From Candidatus Woesearchaeota archaeon (GTDB taxonomy: Archaea; Nanobdellota; Nanobdellia; Woesearchaeales; DSVV01), in the NCBI GenBank assembly GCA_016935125.1, contig JAFGRM010000060.1, positions 1 through 55,275 on the forward strand: 55,275 nucleotides of DNA, in the 5' to 3' direction. Shown here piece by piece: positions 8,024 to 16,762 of the stretch (position 1 is the stretch's first letter; each line of letters starts with the position of its first letter). The notes beneath the pieces are model-generated. The model did not search any database and was not told where the DNA came from. It saw only the letters and a program-made list of their open reading frames with translations. The position numbers and the translations under genes were made by a program.

Positions 8024-8932
8024 ATGAGGGGGTTTGAAAAGGTTGTTGCAGACCTGAAATCTTTGAAGATACAGGGTGCGCAGGCAGTTGCAAAAGAGGC
8101 AGTAAAATCCCTCTATCATGTGGTTACAGCATCAAAAGCAATATACCCAAGAGAGCTCTTAAGAGAGCTTCATGCTGCCATGAACACGCTGGTCAAGACA
8201 AGGCCAACTGAACCCTGCATGAGAAACGCACTGCAGTATATCCTGTCTGGCCTTTCACCTCATGATGACATAGTATTGCTTACAAAAAGCCTTGATGAGC
8301 ACATCAGATCAGTCCTTGAACACTTCAGCTCTGCTGAGCAGAATATAAAGACATACGGTGCAAGGAAGGTAAGGGAAAGCTACACTGTGTTTACCCACTG
8401 CCACTCATCCAGTGTCATTGGCATACTTCTTGAGGCAAAAAAACAGGGCAAGAGCTTTGAAGTGCATAACACAGAGACAAGGCCGCTTTTCCAGGGAAGG
8501 ATCACTGCAAAAGAGCTCTCTGGCTCTGGGATCAAGGTCAGCCATTACATAGACTCTGCTGCAAGGCTGGCACTAAAAAAAGCAGACATCTGCCTGTTTG
8601 GTGCAGATGCAGTACAGTCAGATGGGTCAGTGATAAACAAGATCGGGACCGAGCTTTTTGTAGATATCGCAAACACATACGAGGTTCCTGTCTATTTCTG
8701 CACAGACTCATGGAAGTTCGACCCAAAGAGCATCTATGGAATAGACGAGCCTATCGAGAATCGGAACAGAGATGAGGTCTGGAAAAGCGCCCCGAAAAGG
8801 ATTACTATACACAACCCTGCATTTGAGCTTGTTGAACCGACAAAGATTAGCGGGATAATTTCAGAGCACGGAATATACAGGCCAGGTGTTTTTGTAGAAG
8901 AGGTCAAAAGAAAATACCCATGGCTTTTCTGA
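8024..8932 (+). CDS. eIF-2B alpha/beta/delta-family protein (putative ribose-1,5-bisphosphate isomerase / aIF-2B)
   Basis: GADAVQSDGSVINKIGT is the family signature. The ATG at 8006 is only 8-15 nt from the TATA-like TTTATATA (7991-7998); the ATG at 8024 is 26-33 nt away. Confidence 0.75.
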   Translation: MRGFEKVVADLKSLKIQGAQAVAKEAVKSLYHVVTASKAIYPRELLRELHAAMNTLVKTRPTEPCMRNALQYILSGLSPHDDIVLLTKSLDEHIRSVLEHFSSAEQNIKTYGARKVRESYTVFTHCHSSSVIGILLEAKKQGKSFEVHNTETRPLFQGRITAKELSGSGIKVSHYIDSAARLALKKADICLFGADAVQSDGSVINKIGTELFVDIANTYEVPVYFCTDSWKFDPKSIYGIDEPIENRNRDEVWKSAPKRITIHNPAFELVEPTKISGIISEHGIYRPGVFVEEVKRKYPWLF

Positions 8933-9098
8933 AGCCAGTCTGCATCATGCATCTTGAACAAGCCTGTATAGGTTAACAGCCTTCTGTTTCTATAAGATAT
9001 AATAGCCATTCTTCAATGCCTCTTGAAATATACATCCAATATCCAAAGAGAAAACCCTGGTGCACAGCTAACTATGCAGAAAAACAAAAAGATTATTA

Positions 9099-9800
9099 AT
9101 GCTCGAGACTAACCAAGGCATTATGCCTTATGCAGACATAGTATTTCCAAACAACAATGAAGACGAGCTGATTGCCATGGCTGAAAAGCTCGGCTACAGG
9201 GAATTATGCCTGACATACAGCCTTGAGGGCTACAAAAATGCAGGCAGGTACAACCCATCAGCAAGGATAAGGATTCATCATGGGATAATCGCTTCTCCAA
9301 AGGATGTGCAGAAGGCCAGGAACAAGGCAGACCTTGTCATTGTAAAGACTTCTGAAGATACGCGTGAGACAGTGGAAAAATACATGCCAGATATAGTAAT
9401 AGGGATGGAAGACCACAAGAAACGCGATTCAATGCACCAGAGGAACTCAGGTCTCAATGAAGTCATATGCAAGATTGCAAAAGGCAAGCATGTCGCATAT
9501 GGAATCTCGTTTGCAGGCATAAACAGCCTTAACCATTACCAGCCAATACTTGGAAGGATCATGCAGAACCTGAAGCTGTGCAAGAAATACAACTGCATGG
9601 TTATTGTCGGCTCGTTTGCAGAGACTGCCCTTGACATGAGATCACCAGCAGATATCGCAAGCTTTCTTGAGCTGTTGGGCATGGATGCCAGGTCTGCCAA
9701 GAATGCGCTGATGAACCTTCCCTTAATAATTGAAAGGAACAGGAAGATCAGGCAGAAGAAGCTTATTGCAGACGGCGTAGAGATTACAGGTGATGCGTGA
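9099..9800 (+). CDS. RNase P protein component 3 (Rpp30)
   Basis: 233 aa. The segment LKLCKKYNCMVIVGSFAETALDMRSPADIASFLELLGMD...PLIIERN matches the Rpp30 (PHP/TIM-barrel) C-terminal pattern. Confidence 0.7.
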   Translation: MLETNQGIMPYADIVFPNNNEDELIAMAEKLGYRELCLTYSLEGYKNAGRYNPSARIRIHHGIIASPKDVQKARNKADLVIVKTSEDTRETVEKYMPDIVIGMEDHKKRDSMHQRNSGLNEVICKIAKGKHVAYGISFAGINSLNHYQPILGRIMQNLKLCKKYNCMVIVGSFAETALDMRSPADIASFLELLGMDARSAKNALMNLPLIIERNRKIRQKKLIADGVEITGDA

Positions 9801-10867
9801 TGTTCAGCTGGCTGGTCATCCTGCTGATAACTGTCCTCGGCATCATGGCATCAGCTACCGACATAAATGAGGGAAAGATAAAAAACAAACACCTGATAGC
9901 AGTTGCCTTATTTTTCTCAGCAATAGTTGGAGTAAAGATCATAATCGATGTCATATCCGGCAGGTATCTATTCAGCTGGTTCGTATTCACCTTTGCAAAC
10001 CTTGTCCTTGCGCTTGTCTTTGGATTCCTGCTCTGGCAGCTTGGGTTCTGGACAGCCGGTGATGCTAAGCTTTACTCTGTGTTCTCGATGATGATCGCCT
10101 CTCTTTTTGCAAGACCCCAGTCACTTATCGATTTCCCTTTCATATCGCTTATCATATTCTCATTTGCGCCATTCTTCATATACTTCGCAGCAAAGGTGGT
10201 ATTTTCCATCAGGCTGAAAAATATCATCAGCTCAGGAAAAGACAGCTTGTCTCTAAAGAGCATATCTCTGCCTGCACTGTCTATGTTCGTCATACTCTGG
10301 CCTCTTGAGCTGCTCAAAAACGATTCAAGATACGCATTTCTGATCATGGTCGTGCTTATCGGCGCTACAATCACTATCGAGAAGACTATGGGAAGGGCTT
10401 CGGCCTATATCCTCTCTGCCCTTGCGATCGCCCGCCTTGTCTTTGACAGGAAAGTATATTCATGGAACTATATCGCTATCTTTGTGATGCTTGTATTCGT
10501 GTTCATCATAGTCAGAAAACTTTTATTCTACCAAGGATATTACGCATTCACAAAGGATATCAGGATAAAGTCGCTTAGGAGAAAGATGATCTTGGCAGAA
10601 GAGATAAGGGAGATCAAAGGCAGGTATGTTAAAGAGAAGGTCTCTGCGCTCAACATCTTTTCTGGCAAGACCATAAAGACAGGTGACCATAAAGATACAA
10701 GAAAAGGCAAGAGCCAAGACTACAGCATAAAGGATATCAGCATGATAATAAGGCTCTATAAGCAAAAGAAGCTGGATTTTGACAGCATCAGAATCTATGA
10801 CACCCTGCCTTTTGCGCCTTTCATGTTTGCTGGAGCGATACTGGTCCTGATATTAAACCATATATAG
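9800..10867 (+). CDS. A24-family (prepilin/preflagellin peptidase-like) membrane protein with a cytoplasmic insertion
   Basis: Multi-TM protein. Candidate catalytic Asp motifs are ATDINEGKIKN and WTAGDAKLY (GxGDxK-like); the C-terminus is PFAPFMFAGAIL. The ATG at 9800 overlaps the Rpp30 TGA by 1 nt. Confidence 0.5.
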   Translation: MFSWLVILLITVLGIMASATDINEGKIKNKHLIAVALFFSAIVGVKIIIDVISGRYLFSWFVFTFANLVLALVFGFLLWQLGFWTAGDAKLYSVFSMMIASLFARPQSLIDFPFISLIIFSFAPFFIYFAAKVVFSIRLKNIISSGKDSLSLKSISLPALSMFVILWPLELLKNDSRYAFLIMVVLIGATITIEKTMGRASAYILSALAIARLVFDRKVYSWNYIAIFVMLVFVFIIVRKLLFYQGYYAFTKDIRIKSLRRKMILAEEIREIKGRYVKEKVSALNIFSGKTIKTGDHKDTRKGKSQDYSIKDISMIIRLYKQKKLDFDSIRIYDTLPFAPFMFAGAILVLILNHI

Positions 10868-10997
10868 TTGATATAGTTATGACTATAGTCAAGATATGGA
10901 AGATGGGCCTAATGCCGTTCTTGAAATTCTTCACCCCTATACCTGGAACAGAAGAATAAAAAGAGGATTTTGTCTGGCAAATGAAGAATGGAATATC

Positions 10998-11552
10998 TCA
11001 GCCAAGGCATCCTACAAGCTGATCAACCCTTTTTTTGAGCTCTTCTTTTGTGCCGTTGTTCACGATTATATGATCTGCCTTGCTTATTATGTGCTGGTTG
11101 TTCATGACATTTATTATCTCTCTTTTTGAAAACCTGTTGTTGAGCCTTTCATATATCTTAGTGACATCTGTCTGTATAAGGATTACCTTCTCTACGACAT
11201 CATCAAGGTTCAGCTCCCTAAAGAGCGCAACATCAAGCACAGTGTTCTCGCTGCTCCTGCTGATCTTGTTCTTGATCAGCTGTTTTAAGAATGGATGTAC
11301 GATGCGGTTCAATGCTATCAGGCGCTCAGGGTTGTTGAACACAAGGCTGCTCAGCTTGTCCCGATCCACCTGAAAATCCCTGCCCATAACCTTGATGCCG
11401 AACTCTGCTTTCAGCTTCTCGCTGACCTCATTGTTTCTGAGCAGCTCATGGCCAAGCTCATCCACATTTATTATCCTGTAGCCGTGCATAGAGAAAAAAC
11501 CAGCAGCAGTGCTCTTGCCAGAGCCTATGTAGCCTGTTATTGCGATGATCAT
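10998..11552 (-). CDS. coaE: dephospho-CoA kinase, bacterial CoaE type
   Basis: MIIAITGYIGSGKST P-loop, VDELGHELL, LNRIVHPF and the length (184 aa) fit the COG0237 pattern. The ATG lies 24 nt from TTTATAAA. Confidence 0.8.
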   Translation of the reverse strand: MIIAITGYIGSGKSTAAGFFSMHGYRIINVDELGHELLRNNEVSEKLKAEFGIKVMGRDFQVDRDKLSSLVFNNPERLIALNRIVHPFLKQLIKNKISRSSENTVLDVALFRELNLDDVVEKVILIQTDVTKIYERLNNRFSKREIINVMNNQHIISKADHIIVNNGTKEELKKRVDQLVGCLG

Positions 11553-11575
11553 GCATCAGGGTTATACAGCGGTCT

Positions 11576-11583
11576 TTTATAAA
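11576..11583 (-). promoter_or_regulatory. TATA box (TTTATAAA) for coaE
   Basis: Exact octamer 24 nt upstream of the ATG at 11552. Confidence 0.5.
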
Positions 11584-11778
11584 TATTTGGTGTTATATCT
11601 AAATGAGATCTAATTGATATATAGTAGAGATTTAGTGCATATCTGGTAGATATAGCTCCAGTATGATATTATAACGTATGATATTAGAATCTATTATGAT
11701 ATTAGAACTCTTGTTTGAGATTGGATATTTAACTTATCTATCAGCGGATACTCAACTTATCTCTAAGCAAGTTTCAAG

Positions 11779-11785
11779 AAAAAAA
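11779..11785 (-). terminator. oligo-T terminator after 5S rRNA
   Basis: A T7 run on the minus strand starts 2 nt after the 3' end of the 5S helix I. Confidence 0.6.
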
Positions 11786-11786
11786 G

Positions 11787-11903
11787 TGTGAACAGCGAAC
11801 CAGATCTCCCACACAAAGTGCAGTACGCTCTAGAACGCGGGTCTGCTTAACTTCCGTGTTCGAAATGGGAACGGGTGTAACCAAACCGCTATGGCCGTTC
11901 ACA
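11787..11903 (-). rRNA. 5S ribosomal RNA (orphan, not linked to 16S/23S in this window)
   Basis: The minus strand reads GTGAACGGCCATAGCGG...CCCGTTCCCATTTCGAACACGGAAGTTAAGC...GCTGTTCAC. It contains the universal 5S loop C/helix III motif, and the two ends pair to form helix I. Ends are accurate to about 3 nt. Confidence 0.9.
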
Positions 11904-11925
11904 ATCTGTCAGGACATGACATCTG

Positions 11926-11933
11926 TTTATAAA
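11926..11933 (-). promoter_or_regulatory. TATA box (TTTATAAA) for 5S rRNA
   Basis: Exact octamer 23 nt upstream of the inferred 5S 5' end. Confidence 0.6.
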
Positions 11934-11957
11934 GTTTGTGGTTTTTAACATGAAAAC

Positions 11958-11965
11958 TTTTATAA
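11958..11965 (+). promoter_or_regulatory. TATA-like box (TTTTATAA) for ugd, the first gene of the glycan locus
   Basis: Lies 27 nt upstream of the ATG at 11992, with no SD between, which suggests a leaderless transcript. Confidence 0.45.
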
Positions 11966-11991
11966 GTGCCTTGAAGACATGAATATATATA

Positions 11992-13317
11992 ATGAAGATA
12001 ACAGTCATAGGAACAGGATATGTCGGTCTTGTAGTAGGCACATCGCTTGCAAACCTTGGCAACGAAGTGCTCTGCCTGGACATAGATGACAATAAGATCA
12101 AAAGCCTGAAAAAAGGCATAATCCCTATATACGAGCCAGGGCTTGAAGAGCTGTTCAAGGCAAATGTCATGAACAAAAGGCTCGCCTTTACAACAGATAC
12201 AAAAAATGCGGTCAAGCACGGCCAGGTCATATTTCTTGCAGTAGGTACCCCACCTGGAAAGGGCCATGAAGCAGACCTCTCTTCAGTAAAGGAATGTGCA
12301 AAGAATATAGGAAGATACATTGACAGCTACAAGGTGATAGTAAACAAGAGCACAGTCCCTGTCGGGACTGCTGAGCTTGTAAGGCAGATAATAAAAGACA
12401 ACCAAAAGAGCAGGACCAGCTTTGATGTCGTATCAAACCCTGAATTCCTAAGAGAAGGGGTTGCACTAAAAGACTTTGAGAACCCTGACAGGGTCATAAT
12501 AGGTGTTGAATCTAAAAAAGCCCAACAGATCATGGAGCACATCTACAGGTCGGTTGCAAGGGTCGGAAGGCCGATTATGATAACAGACATCAAGAGTGCA
12601 GAACTGATCAAATACGCTTCAAATTCAATGCTTGCCACACGCATCAGCTTCATGAACATGCTCTCACACCTCTGTGAGAAAGTCGGAGCAGACATAAAAG
12701 AGGTTGCCCATGGCATGGGCCTTGATGACAGGATTGGGCCCAGGTTCCTGCAGGCAGGGATAGGCTATGGCGGAAGCTGTTTTCCAAAGGACATAAGGGC
12801 ACTCATACAGACCATGAAGAACCACGGCTGCAGCTCAAGCCTGCTTGAATGTGTAGACGACATAAATGAGAAGCAGAAACTATCTTTGCTTGCCAAGATA
12901 GAAAAGAATCTCGATATCAAGGGCAGCACCATCGCTGTATGGGGCCTTGCGTTCAAGCCAAAGACCGACGACATAAGGGAAGCGCCGTCGATAGTCCTGA
13001 TAAAGGAGCTTGTCAAGCGTGGTGCCAGGATCAGGGCATATGACCCTAAAGCTGTAAAAAACGCAAAAGATGCGCTAAAATCCCAGGACATTGAATTCTG
13101 TGCTGGCTCTAATGAGGCAATAAAAGGCGCAGATGCCCTGGTTGTCGTAACAGAATGGGATGAGTTCAGAAACATCGACCTTGATAATCTCAAATCCGTC
13201 ATGAATAAGCCCATTGTGATCGATGGAAGGAACATATATGATTCCTCTGAGATGAAAGCAAATGGCATAAGATACATCTCTGTAGGAAGGGGTGAAGATA
13301 CATATATGGACACGTAG
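11992..13317 (+). CDS. ugd: UDP-glucose 6-dehydrogenase
   Basis: MKITVIGTGYVGLV Rossmann N-terminus, catalytic GGSCFPKDIRAL, 441 aa. Confidence 0.88.
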   Translation: MKITVIGTGYVGLVVGTSLANLGNEVLCLDIDDNKIKSLKKGIIPIYEPGLEELFKANVMNKRLAFTTDTKNAVKHGQVIFLAVGTPPGKGHEADLSSVKECAKNIGRYIDSYKVIVNKSTVPVGTAELVRQIIKDNQKSRTSFDVVSNPEFLREGVALKDFENPDRVIIGVESKKAQQIMEHIYRSVARVGRPIMITDIKSAELIKYASNSMLATRISFMNMLSHLCEKVGADIKEVAHGMGLDDRIGPRFLQAGIGYGGSCFPKDIRALIQTMKNHGCSSSLLECVDDINEKQKLSLLAKIEKNLDIKGSTIAVWGLAFKPKTDDIREAPSIVLIKELVKRGARIRAYDPKAVKNAKDALKSQDIEFCAGSNEAIKGADALVVVTEWDEFRNIDLDNLKSVMNKPIVIDGRNIYDSSEMKANGIRYISVGRGEDTYMDT

Positions 13318-13319
13318 GT

Positions 13320-14291
13320 ATGATCCAAAATAAAATGGAAACAGTCCTTGTTAGCGGCGGTGCAGGCTTCATAGGAAGCCATACATGTGAAAAGCTTATC
13401 CAGCTCGGCTATCGTGTTCTTTGCATCGACAACCTCAATGATTACTATGACCCAAGATTCAAGCAACAGAACCTTGCCAAACTGAAAAAGAGCAAGAGCT
13501 TCAGCTTCTACAAAGCCGACATCTGCAACAGGAGTGAGATGGGCAAGCTATTCTCTAAAAACAGGATTGACAGGATAATACACCTGGCAGCAAGAGCTGG
13601 CGTAAGGCCATCGATTGAAGATCCTGGATTATATGCAAAGGTCAACATATCCGGAACAATAAACCTGCTTGAAGAGGCAAGGAAAAACAGCATAAAGTAT
13701 TTCGTGTTCGGGTCGAGCTCAAGCGTCTATGGCAACTGCAGGGAAGTCCCTTTTAGTGAAGATATGCAGCTGGATAGGCCGATCTCGCCTTACGCTGCGA
13801 CAAAAAAGGCAGGAGAGCTCATCTGCTATGCATACCATCACCTATACAACATCAACATAAGCTGCCTGCGGTTCTTCACAGTATACGGGCCAAGGGGAAG
13901 GCCGGACATGGCACCATACAAGTTCTTGAGCAGGATAGCAGAAGGAATCCCTATAGATATGTATGGTGATGGCAGCACGAGCAGGGACTACACCTATGTA
14001 GCAGACATTGTCGACGGCATAATCGCATCTATGGAGAGGCTTGACGGATACCAGATATTTAACCTTGGCAATTCAAACCCAATCACACTCTCTGAGTTCA
14101 TAGCTGTAATAGAGAGTGTTACTGGCAAACAGGCTGTGATAAAAAGGGAGAAGATGCAGCCAGGCGACGTCGACACCACCTACTCAGACATAACAAAGGC
14201 AGCAAGGATGCTGGGATACAGGCCAAAGGTCCAATTCAGGGAAGGCATCAGCATGATGTATGACTGGCTCAAAAACCACGACAAAAGATAA
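13320..14291 (+). CDS. UDP-glucuronate 4-epimerase-like extended SDR
   Basis: GGAGFIGSH, IDNLNDYYDP, SSSSVYG, PYAATKKAGE (YxxxK) and RFFTVYGPRGRPDMA match the UDP-GlcA 4-epimerase pattern. Confidence 0.75.
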   Translation: MIQNKMETVLVSGGAGFIGSHTCEKLIQLGYRVLCIDNLNDYYDPRFKQQNLAKLKKSKSFSFYKADICNRSEMGKLFSKNRIDRIIHLAARAGVRPSIEDPGLYAKVNISGTINLLEEARKNSIKYFVFGSSSSVYGNCREVPFSEDMQLDRPISPYAATKKAGELICYAYHHLYNINISCLRFFTVYGPRGRPDMAPYKFLSRIAEGIPIDMYGDGSTSRDYTYVADIVDGIIASMERLDGYQIFNLGNSNPITLSEFIAVIESVTGKQAVIKREKMQPGDVDTTYSDITKAARMLGYRPKVQFREGISMMYDWLKNHDKR

Positions 14292-14535
14292 CACCATAAA
14301 CCCCATATGTAGTGGCGATAGCATGCATATATTATATACATTATATACATCTCATGCAGCATAAAGAAGTATCTCTGCCGCATCTTATTGGCATGTATTG
14401 TATGCATATCGCGCGCAACATCACACACCCAAAGATGCCAATGTTGCATAAAGTTTTTAAATGGACTTCAAATAGTCAGATACAGTAAGGCAATAGGTAT
14501 TTATTAGAGATTTATGTATGCAGGGGACGGAAAAG

Positions 14536-15474
14536 ATGTCATCATTTTTAGTAACAGGAGGCGCAGGTTTCATAGGCTCAAACATCTGTGAGGAGCTCAT
14601 AAGGCGCGGGCATAAGGTCAGGGTAATCGATGACCTCTCAACAGGGAACATCGACAACATAAAGGGTATCTTAAGCAAGATAGAGTTTATCAATGACAGC
14701 ATATGCAACGCCGATGCTATAAAAAAGGCATGCTGCGGAATGGACTTCGTGCTCCACCAGGCAGCAATACCCTCTGTCCCAAGGTCTGTGAAGGATCCGC
14801 TCACATCAAACCATGTGAACATAGACGGCACATTAAACGTCCTCCTAGCAGCAAGGGACTCTGGAGTCAGGAAGGTCGTGTTCGCTGCATCATCTTCAGC
14901 ATACGGCGAATCTGAGAGCCTTCCTAAAAAAGAAGAGATGAAGCCTATGCCACTCTCGCCATATGCAATCTCAAAACTGGCTGGTGAGCATTACTGCAAG
15001 GTTTTCTGTGACCTATATGGCATAGAGACTGTCTCGCTAAGGTATTTCAATGTCTTTGGGCCGAAACAAGACCCTGCATCAGAATACGCTGCAGTCGTGC
15101 CAAAGTTCATCAGCTCAATCCTGGCAGGAAGGCAGCCTCTGATATACGGAGACGGGCTGCAGACAAGGGATTTCACTTTCATAAAGAATGTGGTTGAGGC
15201 AAACATCCTCTGCACAGAAAGAAAGCTCCATGGAGAAGTGCTTAACATCGCAACAGGCAGCAGGATCACCCTGATAAGGCTCGTTGAGATGCTCAACAGC
15301 ATAATTGGCAGTGACATTGAACCTGAGCTTGGCGATGAGAGGGAAGGTGATATCAGGCATTCGCTGGCTGACATAAGCCTTGCAGAAAAGGTCATAGGAT
15401 ACAGGCCAAAAATATGCGTAGAGGAAGGGTTAAAAGAAACAGTAAGATGGTTCAAGAACAAAAAAAGCAGCTGA
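14536..15474 (+). CDS. UDP-GlcNAc/GlcNAcA 4-epimerase (WbpP/TviC-like)
   Basis: MSSFLVTGGAGFIGSN, SPYAISKLAGE, RYFNVFGPKQDP and GDGLQTRDFTF. The ATG at 14536 (versus 14518) fits the usual epimerase N-terminus and a TATA-like TATTTATTA about 30 nt upstream. Confidence 0.75.
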   Translation: MSSFLVTGGAGFIGSNICEELIRRGHKVRVIDDLSTGNIDNIKGILSKIEFINDSICNADAIKKACCGMDFVLHQAAIPSVPRSVKDPLTSNHVNIDGTLNVLLAARDSGVRKVVFAASSSAYGESESLPKKEEMKPMPLSPYAISKLAGEHYCKVFCDLYGIETVSLRYFNVFGPKQDPASEYAAVVPKFISSILAGRQPLIYGDGLQTRDFTFIKNVVEANILCTERKLHGEVLNIATGSRITLIRLVEMLNSIIGSDIEPELGDEREGDIRHSLADISLAEKVIGYRPKICVEEGLKETVRWFKNKKSS

Positions 15475-16757
15475 AGGATATCAGGATCTGTGTAGTGGGG
15501 CTTGGGTATGTAGGGCTACCCTTGGCAGTAGAGTTCGGCAAACTGCAAAAGGTTATAGGCTTTGACATCAATAAAAAAAAGCTTGACGAGCTCAGGGAAG
15601 GGACAGACTCGACAGGAGAGATGACAAGCCAAGAGCTGAAAAAGGCAGATATAGAATACACTTCTGATGAAAAAAAGATAGGTGATGCGAACTTTATCAT
15701 AGTTGCAGTGCCTACGCCGATTACTAAAGCCCATGCCCCTGACACATCCTACCTTGAATCATCATCCAGGATCATAGGTAAGAACATCAAAAAAGGAACT
15801 ATAGTTGTCTATGAGAGCACTGTCTATCCTGGCGCCACTGAAGAGGTCTGTGTACCTATAATAGAAAAGGCCTCTGGCCTTAGATGCGGAAAAGACTTCA
15901 AGGTGGGCTACAGCCCTGAAAGGATCAACCCAGGCGACAAGGAGCACACTGTTAAAAATATCGTAAAGGTGGTCTCCGGCATGGACGAAGGATCCAGAGA
16001 AACGATCGCCATGGTATATGGGTCGATAATAAGAGCAGGTGTGTTCAAGGCAGCAGACATAAAGACTGCAGAGGCTGCAAAGGTAATAGAAAACATCCAG
16101 CGGGATCTCAATATCGCGCTCATGAATGAGCTCTCACTGATCTTTGAGAGGATAGGGATAAACACAAAAGATGTCATCGAGGCTGCTGGGACAAAATGGA
16201 ACTTCCACAAATACCATCCCGGGCTTGTAGGCGGCCACTGCATAGGTGTTGACCCGTATTATCTCACATACAAGGCGCAGGAATTAGGCTACCAGCCCCA
16301 GATAATCCTTGCAGGGCGGGCAATCAACGAGCACATGGCAAAGCATGTTGCAGAGCTTGTGGTAAAGGGACTGAGCAAGGCAGGAAAGGTGCTAAAAGAA
16401 AGCAAGGTTCTCCTGCTCGGACTCACGTTTAAGGAGAATGTCAGGGATTCAAGGAACTCAAAGGCAAAAGACCTGATAAGGGAGCTTGAAAAGTTCAATA
16501 TCAGCGTCATAGGATGCGACCCGTGTCTTTCAGATGAAGAGGTCAAAAGGATCTTCAATGTCAAAAACATCTGCTTAGAGAACCTAAAAGGCAAGGTTGA
16601 CTGTGTTATCCTAGCAACACCCCATGACATATTCAAGAAGATAACATTAGAGAAGATGAGGTCAATCATGACAGAGAAACCTGTGCTTGTCGACGTAAAA
16701 TCATTGTTCGGAAAGATTAGCGCAGAAAAGGCAGGGTTCATCTACAGCTCGTTATAG
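15447..16757 (+). CDS. UDP-N-acetyl-hexosamine 6-dehydrogenase (WbpO/TviB-like)
   Basis: ICVVGLGYVGLPLA and catalytic GGHCIGVDPYYL. The ATG at 15447 overlaps the upstream epimerase by 28 nt. Confidence 0.75.
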   Translation: MVQEQKKQLKDIRICVVGLGYVGLPLAVEFGKLQKVIGFDINKKKLDELREGTDSTGEMTSQELKKADIEYTSDEKKIGDANFIIVAVPTPITKAHAPDTSYLESSSRIIGKNIKKGTIVVYESTVYPGATEEVCVPIIEKASGLRCGKDFKVGYSPERINPGDKEHTVKNIVKVVSGMDEGSRETIAMVYGSIIRAGVFKAADIKTAEAAKVIENIQRDLNIALMNELSLIFERIGINTKDVIEAAGTKWNFHKYHPGLVGGHCIGVDPYYLTYKAQELGYQPQIILAGRAINEHMAKHVAELVVKGLSKAGKVLKESKVLLLGLTFKENVRDSRNSKAKDLIRELEKFNISVIGCDPCLSDEEVKRIFNVKNICLENLKGKVDCVILATPHDIFKKITLEKMRSIMTEKPVLVDVKSLFGKISAEKAGFIYSSL

Positions 16758-16762
16758 GAAAC

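Noticed and set aside
12765-13466. 233-aa minus-strand ORF. Similar long antisense ORFs lie at 43863..44753 (296 aa) and 48702..49538 (278 aa).
   Set aside because: Each lies fully antisense to a gene with strong family motifs (ugd plus the epimerase, the NeuB-like synthase, and the 4,6-dehydratase). The translations are low-complexity Ser/Phe/Ile-rich, and no promoter or SD support was seen.
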